Source of the DNA: Vermamoeba vermiformis
Lineage: Eukaryota
Direction of reading: 5' to 3'
Assembly: GCA_045837725.1 (NCBI GenBank)
Contig: JBEWZL010000127.1
Coordinates: 186,001 to 250,000 of the forward strand
Length of the DNA: 64,000 nt
How positions within the stretch are numbered: the stretch's first letter is position 1; every line of letters begins with the position of its first letter. A model generated the notes under the pieces. The model searched no databases. It worked only from the letters and a program-made list of their open reading frames with translations, and was not told where the DNA came from. Shown here one piece after another: positions 36,636 to 50,011 of the stretch. The translations under genes and the position numbers were made by a program.

Positions 36636-38105
36636 ATGAAGAAGATTGGCTATCCTTGTCAAAACTGGTCCGAGAAGCTAACCACCGGCCATTCGTTCAA
36701 GCTGAAGTCGTACTCTGACGATAAATTGAAAGAAGTTGTCGCTAGCAACATTGCTGACCTCAAAAAAATGCTGGCATACAATATTAAGAACAAGATAAGC
36801 TTTTTACGAATTTCTTCTGGCTTCGTGCCTTTCGCGTCTCATCCAATCTGTAAGTAATATTACCACGATACTTTCAAATAATTCTTATCAAGGCAATTTA
36901 GCACTCCAAATTTCTTGCAGAACAGCACTCTTTTTCTTTTGGCAATATAAATTGTCCGTATTGTGTATTAAATTGCATTGTTACGAGCGTTGCTGCCGTC
37001 GATAATCTTTCATCCTAATTGGAAGCATTTATTTAGGTAAATTTGATTGGGTTGACCACTTTAAGAATGATTTCCGAGAAGTTGGTCGCGCGATACGTAA
37101 AAGCCAGATGCGGATCTCTTTCCATCCAGATCATTTTGTGCTGTTGAACTCACCTGATGAAGGCATTACTCAGCGAAGTGTCAACGAGTTAATGTAAGAT
37201 TTGATACGCTTCTTCTCGTGCTTTTTGACTTTATTTATCGATAATTTTTATTTTATCGAATCAACTTGCTCATTTTGCATGATGTTCAAAGGTATCATGC
37301 AAAGCTTCTTGATGCTATGCGTCTCGATAGATCGGCCAAAATGCAAATACACGTCGGTGGAGTCTATGGGGACAAGACAGCCGCAATGGAGCGCTTTATC
37401 GAGCGCTATAATGAGCTACCGGCGAAGATTAAGCGGCGACTCGTTATTGAAAATGATGACAGACTATTCTCGGTAAAGGATTGCTTGTACATTAATAGGT
37501 AGGGTCCCCACTGCATTCATTCGTCTATGATAACCTAACACGTTCCTAGCAAAACAGGAGTGCCTATTCTGTTCGATAACTTACACCACGACTGTTTGAA
37601 TAACAAAGAAACGATGTTGGATGCCATGAAGTCCTGCTTCGCAACTTGGAAAGACGCGTAAGCAGCAAGATCTGTTTGCTTTGAATTTCGCTAACCCGGG
37701 GTCAGTGATGGTGTACCACTGGTCGATTATTCCACGCAACAACCTAGTGCTCGTAAAGGCAAACACTCTGATACTCTCGACGAGAAGCACTTCGAGGAGT
37801 ACTTGAAGACAACGAAGGATCTCAAGTTCGATATCATGCTTGAGATCAAGGACAAAGAGAGCAGCGCACATACAGCTATTGAAATCTATGAGAAGTTGTA
37901 TGGCGAGTTACCGAAACCCAAGGATATGAGCGAGTATATGAAGGAAGACGCAGACGAAGAGAAAATGGTGGATGCGCTGCTTGCTGACGAAGAAGTTGCT
38001 CCTAAGCCTGAAAAAGAAGAAAAAAGCGACACAAAAACAACAGAAATAACCAAAAATAATAATACTAATGTAAAGTCGGCTCAGCAGAAAATAATCGCTG
38101 GTTAA
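36636..38105 (+). CDS. uvsE: UV damage endonuclease UvsE/UVDE
   Basis: [50 protein letters not shown] and [10 protein letters not shown] motifs. Four introns. Confidence 0.93.
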
Positions 38106-38150
38106 AAAGGCGAGGTACCTGATGTAAATACCGTTGATTTTGATTAAAAT

Positions 38151-40660
38151 TTACAAGTTACCTAGCCTATCGATGAAAGCTTGGTTCTTTTTCATGAAAT
38201 CTTGGTTCTTCAAACAAATTTTAGCCGCGTCGAATCGTTGACTAACTTGATCTACCCCCAGAATCTTTATAATGAACGGGATTTCGAGTCCTTCTTCTTT
38301 TCCAGTCAAAGCCCAACTAAGAATTCGAAGAGTCAATAAATAGCAACGGAAAAACAAATGTTTTGAGTTACCGGATGGAGAGAAACACAAAGCTCTTGTT
38401 TGCTTTCAAGCTCTTAGCAGCAGCATTGAGAGCCTTAGTAATATTATCTTTGTTCAACTCTCCGACAGCTTTGAGCTCTTTCTCAACTGCGTCAAATACC
38501 CCGTAAATTTCGTCTAAGAAATGAAAATCTTTAATTAACATCGGAAATATAAATTAAAAATAACACCCGGATACGCACCTTTAGAATCTATCTGATTCTT
38601 AGCTTTGATTTTTTCAAGCATACTGACAGCTGCTTCGTCTCCTAAGTCAGGATAGACAAAGAAGTATACGAGCCGATCGGCAAGATCCCGCAGGTTTGGC
38701 GCGTCGCGGATTTCCTGAATGCCGAAAATAAGATAACGATCGTATAATAGGTCCCAAGCTACGCACATGAATATGTTTGAGTACGGAGCCAATGTATTTG
38801 TGGTCAAGATTGACGTCTCCGATCCGCTCTTTTAAAAATGGCAGGAAATGCTCTATGAGCTCATCCATATTAGTTTCAGCCAATAATCTGTGACGGAGTA
38901 ATGATTAGCCATGATATGTATTTATTAGTTAGGCTTACTTAGTATGTTGAGCATTGAACCACTCAAGTTTTTCCTTGTTCACGACAGATCCGCCCTTCGT
39001 AATCTTATCCAGTGAAAACTGCCAAAGGTTAGTAGAAATATAGACAAATGTGTTATTGTACGTACATTTTCAATAAGCTGGGGCAATGTGAACAATTCTT
39101 GGGTCGTGCCTGGATTCCATCCAAGGAACGCGACAAAGTTAATCATGGCAGACGGCAAATAACCTTGTTTCTAATAGCCATAGATCAATAAATACTATAA
39201 CTATACGTAAATCATGTATTAACTTACGATATACGAGTCCACTGAAACATCGCCTTGGCGCTTCGATAATTTAGTCTTATCAGTATTCAATAATAGCGGC
39301 AAGTGAATAAATTGAGGCATGCGCCATCCAAATGAATTGTATAAAATCACGTGCTTCGGGGTTGAGGGCAACCATTCCTTAAAAGGAAATTGTTATTCGG
39401 CGTCCATTTACTCGATAACTTCTACGTACTTCACCACGAATCACGTGACTGATTTGCATGTAATGGTCGTCAACGACATTGGCTAGGTGATAAGTCGGGA
39501 ATCGATCGGACTTGACGAGAATTTGATCGTCGACAAAATTGTTATTGAACTGGATCTCGCCTGAAACACCATCCTTAACTGTAGTATGGCCTGAAGGCAC
39601 CTAAAACATAATCGAGATTAATATACGATACGCCTATTATGGCTATAATGTTTCTACGTACTTTCATGCGAATTGTAAAGGGTAATTTCTTCTCCAAGTT
39701 TTCTTTGATTTGTGCTGGCGTTAATTTCAAACAAAATCGGTCGTAAATTCCAACCACGCCTCTTTGCTGCTGCGTTTTTCTAATAATAAAAGCAACGTGT
39801 TATTAGTTTATCTCCTATGTACTAGAACCATAGTCTATATCTTACCTTAATGCCTCTAATCGTTCAGGTGTGCAAAAACATCTATAAGCATGACCTTTCT
39901 CGAGCAATTCATCTGCGTGCTTCAGATACAAATCTTTTCGGTCGGACTAATCGATTGTTTAAGTCAGTGCTTGCTAGGAAGAAAGTAAATAATTATTGCG
40001 TACTTGTCTGTAGGGGCCAAATCCTTTGTCTTTTAATGGACCTAATGAAATGGTAAGTAAAATAAAACAGATCCCGAAGTGCTATCGCAAAACTACCTTC
40101 GTCGTAGGGGATGCCGGCCCATTCTAATGCTTCTGTAATATTTTGCTCGGATCCAGGCACTAATCGAGTCTAACATTGGAGTTAGAAGACGAATTGAATC
40201 AGAGTGTTTGAGCGTCAAACCTGATCTGTATCTTCTATGCGCAGCAGAAAAGTTCCATTATGTTTTTTGGCAAATAAATAATTGAATAAGGCAGTTCTAA
40301 GACCTCCCAAGTGCATCAAACCTGGAGTAAGAGAAATATTAATTCGGATCTACTGTGAGTTCATGTCTAACTCTGCAAGAATTTATTTTGAGGCAGTTGC
40401 TAACATTAATCTGTATTTAAATGACTTTGGTGCTGAATCTGAATTTATTCTTATTTACTGTATTTTTTAAAATTAATTTTGATCTGGATCTTACCTGTCG
40501 GGCTCGGTGCGTAGCGTACTCTCACCTTTGGTTCTCCGTTATTATCGTAAGCTTGTTTGTGCGTGCAATAACGTTGACTAAACACAGTGATAGTTGGTCT
40601 CGCTAATCGACCCGATCTGACACCAGTAGCGGTGACATTAACAATAATAGAGCGCAGCAT
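38151..40660 (-). CDS. EARS2: Glutamate--tRNA ligase, mitochondrial (bacterial type)
   Basis: Basic N-terminal presequence, [23 protein letters not shown] and KLSKRQGD. About 11 exons. Confidence 0.93.
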
Positions 40661-40948
40661 GGATGTATGTTGAGAAATAAATATTGTGCTGCTTATGCTC
40701 GTTGGTCAGACCAAATATAAAATGTTGTGGCGGGATGCGCCAAACAAAAAAAATTTGTAGAACCGCTTTACTTAGCTCCTCACATTCACCTTAATCTAGT
40801 GTACGTTATAATTAGTCTATAAGAGTATTAATTCCTCACGAAAGTAGGTAATTCTGAAATTCCGTTTCGCTAGCGGCAGGTACTCCGGTACAAAAACTGT
40901 AGTACTCGTAGAACTGTAGCACGGTAAACAGGGGACCATATTGTATTT

Positions 40949-43900
40949 ATGAAGAAGGCCCCGTGGCTTCAAAACGCTCACCAGCAAAGAGCGCTGGCGT
41001 TGCAGTCTGAGGCCGTTTGGAGAAACTCCGATGGCTCGGTCGACCGATCTGAAGCGAAAAAATATCAGTATAATGTATTTGTATATAATTTAGAGCTGCT
41101 CGCTGTCGATTTGAGGGCCAATTTTGGAAAATTAGAAGAACTGGATTTGTCGAACTGCGGCTTAGGAGATGAGGCGCTAAAACCAATTATCAAAATATTG
41201 GAGCATAACTACAGTCTGAAGACTATCAAGGCACAGGGAAATTCGTTCACATTTGAAGCGCTACAATTATTCACAAGCAAATTATTAAATAATTTTGGTT
41301 TAATTTCGATCGAGCTGTTCGACGTAAAAACAGACCCACGGCTCGTTGATTTGCAGAAGAAGATTGACGATGTTATTGATTGGAACAAGAAGCTTAAGCA
41401 AGTAAGTGATTGTACTGGAGTCCGAAAAATTCCAAATCTGCTCAAAAAAGGGACCGCGTTTTTGCGAATAAAAATTAAATAAGGGCAAGCTTTTATGCTG
41501 ATATTATAAAGAAATATTTTGCGGTTAAATTAGCCTTACTAATTTTTCTGGCTTTAGGTTGTCGGATTTGCTTCTTCTCTTGATTGGTCACGGCCCTTAA
41601 GTCATGAAGCCTTTGGAAAATTTTTCATCTATTTATCAACGACCAATATTACGAAGCTGTACTTGTTTGACCTCGAGCAGAGCATGCCAGATGAGATAGG
41701 AGTCCTGTCAAAGCTGGAAGAGCTGCACATAATCAATTGCAGGTATTATAGCAAATAATGCGTATTATTATTAGTGTACTAACGCTTCTTAAAGTGAAAT
41801 GAATATTCTGCCAGAGAGTATTCAAAACTTGAAAAATTTGACCTCGCTCAAGATCTCGCAGCTGCGGTCAACCATAGGCAGCAAGAAGAAGACTATTACA
41901 TTCACTATTCCAAAAGAGATCGGGAGCTTGTCTAAATTGACGTCCTTATACTTTGAGAACGTTAATGTGTCGAGCATTCCAGCCGAGATCCAACACCTTC
42001 GCAACTTGACGGAGTTAACCTTCTTGAACTGCGGGTAAGCCACGAGATTATAGCCGTTATTATATAGTGAGAGTGTTAACACCTTTGCAGCTTGTACAGT
42101 TTGCCACCTGAAATAGCGCATTTGGAGAAATTAACAAACGTCAATTTGCACGATAATGGTCTGTCGATGTTGCCTGACGAATTTGCCAAATTAGTCAATT
42201 TGCGTCGATTTGACGTTAGTAATAATCAGCTGCGGTATTTAACACCTGGGTAAGTGTTCCGTTTTTGAAAGCGCGATCGGTCCTAATCTCCATATTTAGT
42301 GTGAGTATGTGGACGTCGCTGGAGGAGCTCAATATTTCGAACAATTTCCTCGAAGACCTTCCGTTGTCCTTAGCAAGTTTGCCAAAGTTAAAGTCCATTG
42401 CTGCCAAGAACAATCCGTTCAGGACCTATCCAAGTACGTGCCTAGCATGATTGAATTTTTTTTCTGACACCCATTTAGGCGAGGCCAATCTGTTGACGAA
42501 GCTGCAAGCGGCGTATAAAGAGTCTCGTTCAATCCCTATTTGTAAATATTTAGTCATGGGAGAGTCTCGTAGCGGAAAAACTACCCTTGGTGCGTACCTC
42601 TGATGACGGAATTGAAACTCTTACTAACATTAAATGTATTCATAGTGAATAATTTGGTCAACTTTATGCACTCACAGCGAGGCAGAAAAACACGAACAGC
42701 GAAGCGTGGTTTTGATTTGGTCGAAGTGACGTCGATCGAAATCCCTGACAAAGAAATTGTCGAATTTTCCATTTGGGACTTCCAGTACTTAGCCTTGACA
42801 ATGTAAGCGATTACAAGATATTATATTGTGCATTATAATAACACCTCGATAGGGCGCCTATGTTGATGACAAAGCGATCAGTATTTTTGTTGTGTATTAA
42901 TATCACCAATATGCAAAACGAACTGAGCAAAATCGACTTTTTGATCAAGACAATCGATTCGACAATCCCTCAAGCTCCTATTTACTTAGTCTGTAAGTCA
43001 TAGCAATACCGTTAATTTGTCGCTAATGGTCGGATAGGCACGCATTGTGACGCTAAGATTTGTGATAAGAAGTTTTTATCGAATGCATTGCAAGAGATCA
43101 ATCAAAGGATTTCGTCAAAGTACCGAAGTATTCAACAAATCGTTACTGTCGGCAAAGATATGGAGCTCAATAGGAAGAATCCGATCCACGAGCTCGTGCG
43201 CGGTACTTTGTTCGCGTGTTACAGCAACTCTTTGACGAGCGTTCTTGGCCTTCAAAAGCAGTACCCTGCCAAGTACCTCGCACTAGCAGACAAAGCTATG
43301 GGTCTGCGCATGTCTCTGCCTGTTCCTGTGTTGACTTTTGAACAGTGGACTGGGGTATGGCATCGAGTTCAAGGCTCATCCATGCAGTCTCATTAACTAA
43401 TTATTTCCAGATTGCCTTTTCAATAGGCTTTAACAGCGAGCCAGAAGTTCAAGAGGCAACGTATTTCTTGCGAGACCTTGGCGCATTGTTCGTGCACGAG
43501 TCGAATTTGAGCATTGTCATCTTGGACGTTGTGTGGATCTGTCGGTTTTATGACAACCTTGTAGCAAAACGAAGTGGTGCTAAGGCCATAACTCTTTATG
43601 AAGTACGTAGTACTGTGCGTTCGTAATAATATATCATACTAATGATTATTGTAGAATGTCACTTCGTTTGATGCCTCTGATGTTCCGAACTTGTTGGAGG
43701 AGTTGGTGATTTTGCTAGAGAACCAAAACATTATTTATTCAATTGACAGTCCCAGCAGTACCGTACAAAAAGCTTTGGGCGTTCGTTGTGATGATAGGGT
43801 AAGTCCATTTCTTCTAATCAAGTCTCGTGCTTACATTCGACCAAAGGGATTTTTGATTCTGCCCGGCTTGTTAGCACAAGTCGCGCCTCCTTTAGCAAAG

Positions 43901-45426
43901 ATGCAGGAGCACTTCCCTGATCGAATACCAGGCATGATAGACAGCGAGCGTTGTTACGTCTTCGAACAACATCCGAAAGACATTGGTGTCATTTACAAAA
44001 TCATCGTAAGGACGACTCATATGAACGTTGATGATTGATACTAACGATACATATTCAGGCTCACTTCATTCGATTGGATTGGACTCCAGCATTGTTATGG
44101 CGATACGGTGCTATTCTCGAGAACCCTGAGAACGGTGCTCGCATTCACATTGAGTTTGATCGCGATAGAATAGTCACAATCAAAGTATGCATTATATTTG
44201 AAAGGTTTCTAGACCAGTACTAATTGTTTCACAGTTCAAAACGCCTATGGAAGATCCTACAATCATGTCAGGTATCTGTCAAACAATCGCGGAACAAATC
44301 GACTTGAAGTACGAAATGACAGTCAGGTGCATGAATTGCATGATAGACAGGAGCATGAATGCTAAGAACTTCACGCCTGAAGGTACATTAACATTAAAGG
44401 TCTTATTGAAGTTTACGTACTAATGTTAGCATAGCGTTTGGATGGGCCTTGTCGCAGCAGGGTGAAAAAACGATTCGTTGCAATCTCAGTCACAAAGTGT
44501 ATTTGGTTCATTTAGTACCCGATTTGCTCGAAAAGAAGGGACTGTTAGAAGAAGAGATGAAGAACCTCAAAGAGATCAATGACCGCGCTGTACCCGCCGT
44601 GCCTCGTACCATTCAAGAGGTCACGCAACTACGACGTGAATCGCAGTCCAGTGCCGGCGAGTCACCGCGCAAACACAGTGTTAGTCAGCAGCCAACACCT
44701 TCACCTCCACGTGCTGTTGCTGGTGGTGCTTTGAAGCGAGAGCTCGAGAAGGCAAATGCAGCAACTACCCCGAGTCCAGTTGGAACGCCGAGCAGTGGCA
44801 CGCCTACGAGTGGATCTCCTAAGGTCGTTGCGTTTGTTAGAGCCAAGCCACGCATTAACGCGACCACGCCGCTCAGTCAGTCAGTGGAAGTGTCACCGGT
44901 TGGGTCTCCGATGGTGGGCAACAAAACACCTGAAGTCGGGTCACTTCCGAACAACAAAGTCAAGCCTGCGTTTGGCTTACGATCGAGTGGCAGCAACGAC
45001 AGTTTGATGATGACACGCTCGGACTATGCTCCGAGTAATAGATCGTCACGTGACTCGGTGTCATCGCAACAAATGTTTTTGTTCTCGAACACGAACAGCA
45101 CGAAGAGTATCAGCAAAGATTCGTTGATGAGTGACAGCACGGCTAATACTAATGTCACGCACAAGACGAGTATAAGCAAGAACAATAGTGGTAACAGTTT
45201 GAACAATAATTATTCGAGACCAGTACAAGCTGCTGGTCAACAAGGCGGATCTGCTACGGTGACTGAAAATACGACTGCTGGCACTACAGGCGGCTTAAGG
45301 GTGACGACAACGCCTGCGAGACCTAATAATAGCACTGCGAGCACGCCTTACGGATCACCTGCATCCAGCGGATCTGGTTCGAAGTGGGTGAGCTATCGAC
45401 CATCCCCGACAAACTCTTCACAATAA
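40949..45426 (+). CDS. LRR-ROC-COR (Roco-like) protein without kinase domain
   Basis: RNI-type then typical LRRs; P-loop GESRSGKTT, FSIWDF and THCD; COR-like region (EATYFLRDLG, VILDVVW, LWRYGAIL); long S/T-rich disordered tail. Confidence 0.8.
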
Positions 45427-45561
45427 CAACTGTAATTTTATAATAAAACCAAATTGCTTTCATTCTCCTGCATCATTTCGTCGAAAAGCTAAGCAAGGCA
45501 ATTCAGAATTTGAGACTCTTTAAATTTCGTATTTATTTACATTATTATGCTTATTATTTTA

Positions 45562-47118
45562 TTAAGTTTGAGTTCTAAAGTTCAGCTCGACCATGAAGTT
45601 AGGCAGCTCAGCATCTGCCATAGTTTGATTGGCAGGAGTATCCAGATCCTCGGGTAGCAAGACTGCATTGGTTGTAACAACCATGTTAATCACTATACTT
45701 ATAATATAGTAATGCCAATATTAGTCCTATTAACTCTTACCCGTGGCTTTCTTGCTCTTAGTAAAGGCGGTGTGAAAATTGTATCGGAACAAGATCACCT
45801 CTGGGAGGGCTTGAAAATGTTTCATGGCCGTTATTTTATTCGCATTAACTAATAAAGTGTTTAGAATCAATTATATTAGAAAAAACAGTCCTCTCGAAAC
45901 TATTGAAAAAAAGTTCGAGATCTGTCATAAAGTCTTACCTTTACGAACTGTGCGAACAAATTTAATAGGGTTATGTTCATCCTTGTAACACTTGATTTTC
46001 GTGTCTCCTCTAATCACCACATTCGTCTCCAGTTCAAGCGTGCATTCTTCGCTAACGCCTTCGAAATAATGATCGAAGACCTTAGCGAACTCGGTGTCAT
46101 CTGATTGCGTCTCAATTATGAATCCTACGGAGAAGCTGTACTGTGGACTATCCTCTCCTGCGAAAGACGTTATAATTACGGTAACGGTCACGGATGTGAC
46201 TTACCTCGATGTTTTTTCTTCTTGAATACTGTCGGATAGCCTCGAAGCACAATAGTTTCTAAGAACAGTCTGTAAGATTCATTAATAAGATGTTACGGCG
46301 AAGAGTTAAGCGATTTCTTACTGAGGAGGGTTCTCAAAAATTTCGGATGGGATTCTTTCTTGTTCATATCTCACTAGTTCTTCAATATAGTGAATGTATC
46401 GTACTTGAGACGGGACTTGAACGGCCTTTTCATCTGTTGTTCTTTGCTATACACGAAATTTTGGTCAGTTTTCCTTGGATCCAATTTTCTATTAATGTCT
46501 ATCGCGTTACCGAATTGAAAAGTTTAATGGCTTCATCTGCTGTTTCACACTCTCCATTAAGTAGCAAATATGACGCAATGATCGTGCCTGTGCGACCCTT
46601 TCCAGCTTTACAATGGACGACCGAAATGCAATTTTGACTTTTCATTTCCGTTATTATCATCCAAAGATATCGTAATGTAGGTACTCTATTAGAATAGTTA
46701 GCGCCATATTTAAGGAGCTTGAATTTAGCGGATCTACTCTCTTTGAGGACCGTACCCATGGTTTGGAAATCCAAATTCTTTGACTCGGTTGTTAAAGGGT
46801 CTATAGTCGTATTTCCTACCACTTAGGTTGTAAATCATTACATTGCTCATTGCTTCGTCGTCGTATTTCTGCTTGAAATATTTTGAGACCTCTTTCCCAT
46901 CGTTGCGGAAGAATTTCTTTAGTCCCCGACTTGGTAGGCCCATCGCTACGACGTCTTCGGTTATATACCTGTCATATGTAAGGTTATAAGGATATTTTGA
47001 AGCTGATTGACAGGTTGATTTGTGAGACAGAAGCCACTTACGTTAAATCCAGATCGAATCCATTTTCTTTGGTTCGGATTCGGTTTCCGGACGCCATTCC
47101 TTGTATTGTTGCTCCCAT
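45562..47118 (-). CDS. PTEN: PTEN-like phosphatase (phosphatase + C2 domain)
   Basis: MGATIQGMASGNRIRTKENGFDLDLTYI..VAMGLP, VHCKAGKGRTG, SVPSQVRY, and C2 motifs RGDTKI and LFRYNFHTAF. Confidence 0.88.
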
Positions 47119-48277
47119 TTTTCGTTAGTTCATTAAATGATGTGATGCGCTGGCAAAGTATAACCGGTAAAGCCAACAATGAGAAGATTTCGAAGAGAAT
47201 TCAGTTAAATCGAAGAAAAGTGCGCTTTGCGTCGTGACAGCGCTTAATTTTTGACTTTTATGGCTTTTCTTTCTATTCACACTGACGGTCCCACTGTCAA
47301 AGTGGCACTCTCGGATCCACCAGATGCAGCACAATGTTCATTCAAATTCGCAATTCAAGACTTGTGCCATAAGCTCATTTGATCTTGAGTGAGGCTGTTA
47401 CGTAAGGGCAATTCATTTGTACCATTTGTGGTCTCAAAGTGTCAAGTACACGAATCCATAAAGTCCGACCCATCATTGGAAAACGAACCTGAAAAAGCTG
47501 TGTATGACGTGGTCGGTTTCCCAGAATCACGTGAGTAATTCGGAAAATAAGGTGAATAAATTCATTCAATTGGTTTCTTCAGTACGCAAGAAATCAAATT
47601 ACGTGCAGGCGGTTCTGCTCTCTTACAACGCAATATTCAGCATTGAGGAACTGAATTCTTTTATAAGATAACTAAGAGAAGATAGTTATTGCGCTAAGTT
47701 TAGCACGAACGGCCAAACACAGGGATTTGCACCAAATTTGCCCAAAAAACGAGGCAAAAAATTTTCCCCTGCTTTTTTGGGGGACATAAATATTTGTTTG
47801 GAGGTCCATTCAATCACTTTCATATCGTTGTTAGATAGCCACGTCTTTCTCTTCTCTTATAAAGGACAAGTTTGCTCATGGCTTGTCAGCTGTCAAGCTT
47901 CTGCTTCGAGCTAAACATACGACGTATTGTTCCACGTGTTTATATAAATGCATTTGTTGATTCGTTACGGTTAAACAAGTGTTTAGGATTAATTTTAGCG
48001 CACTTTTTTTGAAACGTTAAAGTTTTTAATTCCCAGCCACTGATGAAACACAATAATTCCATAAAACGGTAGCCCATAAAATTAGTTAACGAAGAATAGA
48101 AAAAGTGCTTCAAATTAAGATTGGCTGAAGTGAAATTAAGAGGTAAGCATTTAATTTTCCGTCGCTTAATATGATTCTTATTTTTTGCATTCATGATTAT
48201 TGGAGATAAGTTTTTATAGATAATTGTTCGGTAAATGAACTTAAGCAGAATTTGATTTCGTTGCATCCAGATTCAAA

Positions 48278-49973
48278 ATGTCGTCCGCAAACAGAAAGCT
48301 GTCTTCTGATACTTCAAGCAAGAAGAAAAAGAAAATTAAAACCGCTTCATCGTTAGATGAGCGATTTCCAACGGTCTTTGATCTGACCGGGCAATACGAA
48401 TCTGGTGCTCCACCAAAAACTGTGACAGAGCTTCAAATGATGAACTTTAGCGCTGCAATACGATATAAACCTAATTGGTGGGAAAAGATCAAGAACAAAA
48501 CAATCAAAACGAATTGGATCCAAGAGGCGAAAAAACAAGGTACCAGATCTAAAATTACCCGTTACTTTTCTAATAAGGCTTTCATTAGGCTTGCCCGATT
48601 CTTCGATTAAATATGCGATTGATGAACTTGAAAATTATTATTTAACGCTTATTGATGGACCTATTGTTCCGTCGCCAGTGGATGGAGTTTATCAAGCAGA
48701 TCAGCTCATTTCACACGAGCTTAGAGAAGCCTTCATAGCAGAAGCGTCTATACTAGAGTATGTGCCTGAGCATAAGAAGGACTGGCACCCTAACTCGAAC
48801 AAACAAGTGTTGGATCTGGTGCATCCGTCTTTATATTGTTATGTCAAAGGCGTGTCACGTGTCACTTCTGGCCGCTCAATGCCGTTTTATAAATTTTTGA
48901 CAGCTGGAGAAGTAGAAAAAGAAGAAAATGACACATATTATGATAATAAGCCCGGCATATCGGCAAAATATCAATGGCTTCCAACACACTTCCACGTCGA
49001 TTTCGATGGCAAAGTGACAATAGAGAGTTATATCAATAATTTGCCACCCAAACTGCACCGAGGACTGTACGAATCAATTTCATCGATTTTTGAACGATTT
49101 GTTCCGCTGTTCAACAAAACACTCACTGACGCATTGAACCCACGCCGAAACCGACTTTATTGCGGCGGTGTATACTACGACAAGAGTGATATAGACTTTC
49201 CGAATTATGAAGCGTATAATACTTGGAAGAGGCAACATGGACCCAGTCAGCCCGAGTTCGACGAGTTCAGTTTCAGTGACGTGCCGTATCCGACTAAAGT
49301 AGTCGATCTGAACGGTCGTACTGTGCAAGTGATAGTGAAGATGGCAAACATTATTTTGACACCGGACAAGCCTCAATATGACGGAGGTGTCTGGCACGTT
49401 GAAGGCATGGAGAATGAACGGATCATTGCGACAGGCATTTATTACTACACGTACGAGAACATCACCGAATCACATCTGGAATTTCGGATCTCGGTTAGTG
49501 AACCTATGTACGAACAAGACGATAGAACAGGAGTTGAAGCGTTATTTGGCCTTCGTGACCAAGATTTATTGGTGCAGCAGATAGGATCCGTTATAACGCA
49601 GCAAGACAGATGCGTCGTTTTTCCTAATTTGTATCAGCACAAGGTAGCGCCATTCAAGCTCGCTGATCCAACTAAGCCAGGTGTGCGCAAAATATTGTGC
49701 TTTTTCCTGGTAGATCCGGCTACGCCAATTTTATCAACCGCTAACGTACCGCCACAACAAAAGAAATGGATCTTCTTTGAAAAGAAGTTTATTGAAGGCA
49801 CGTACTTCTCTATATTACCACCGGAGATCTTGCATATGATACTAGACTTATATGAAGACGAATCACTCGAGGCTGCGAAAAAACACCGCGAGAAATTGAT
49901 GGCTGAAAGAAAATATTTTGTAGATCAAAACAAAGAACGGTGGGAACGACCATTCTCATTGTGCGAGCATTAA
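48278..49973 (+). CDS. DUF4246-family protein (2OG-Fe(II) oxygenase-like fold)
   Basis: IRYKPNWWEK, DWHPNSNKQVLDLVHPS, VIVKMANIILTP, GVWHVEGMENE, FPNLYQHKV and FSLCEH* motifs. One intron at ~48540-48588. Confidence 0.85.
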
Positions 49974-50011
49974 AACAATACAACATAAAATAAATAGTGT
50001 TCGGCGGTCAA

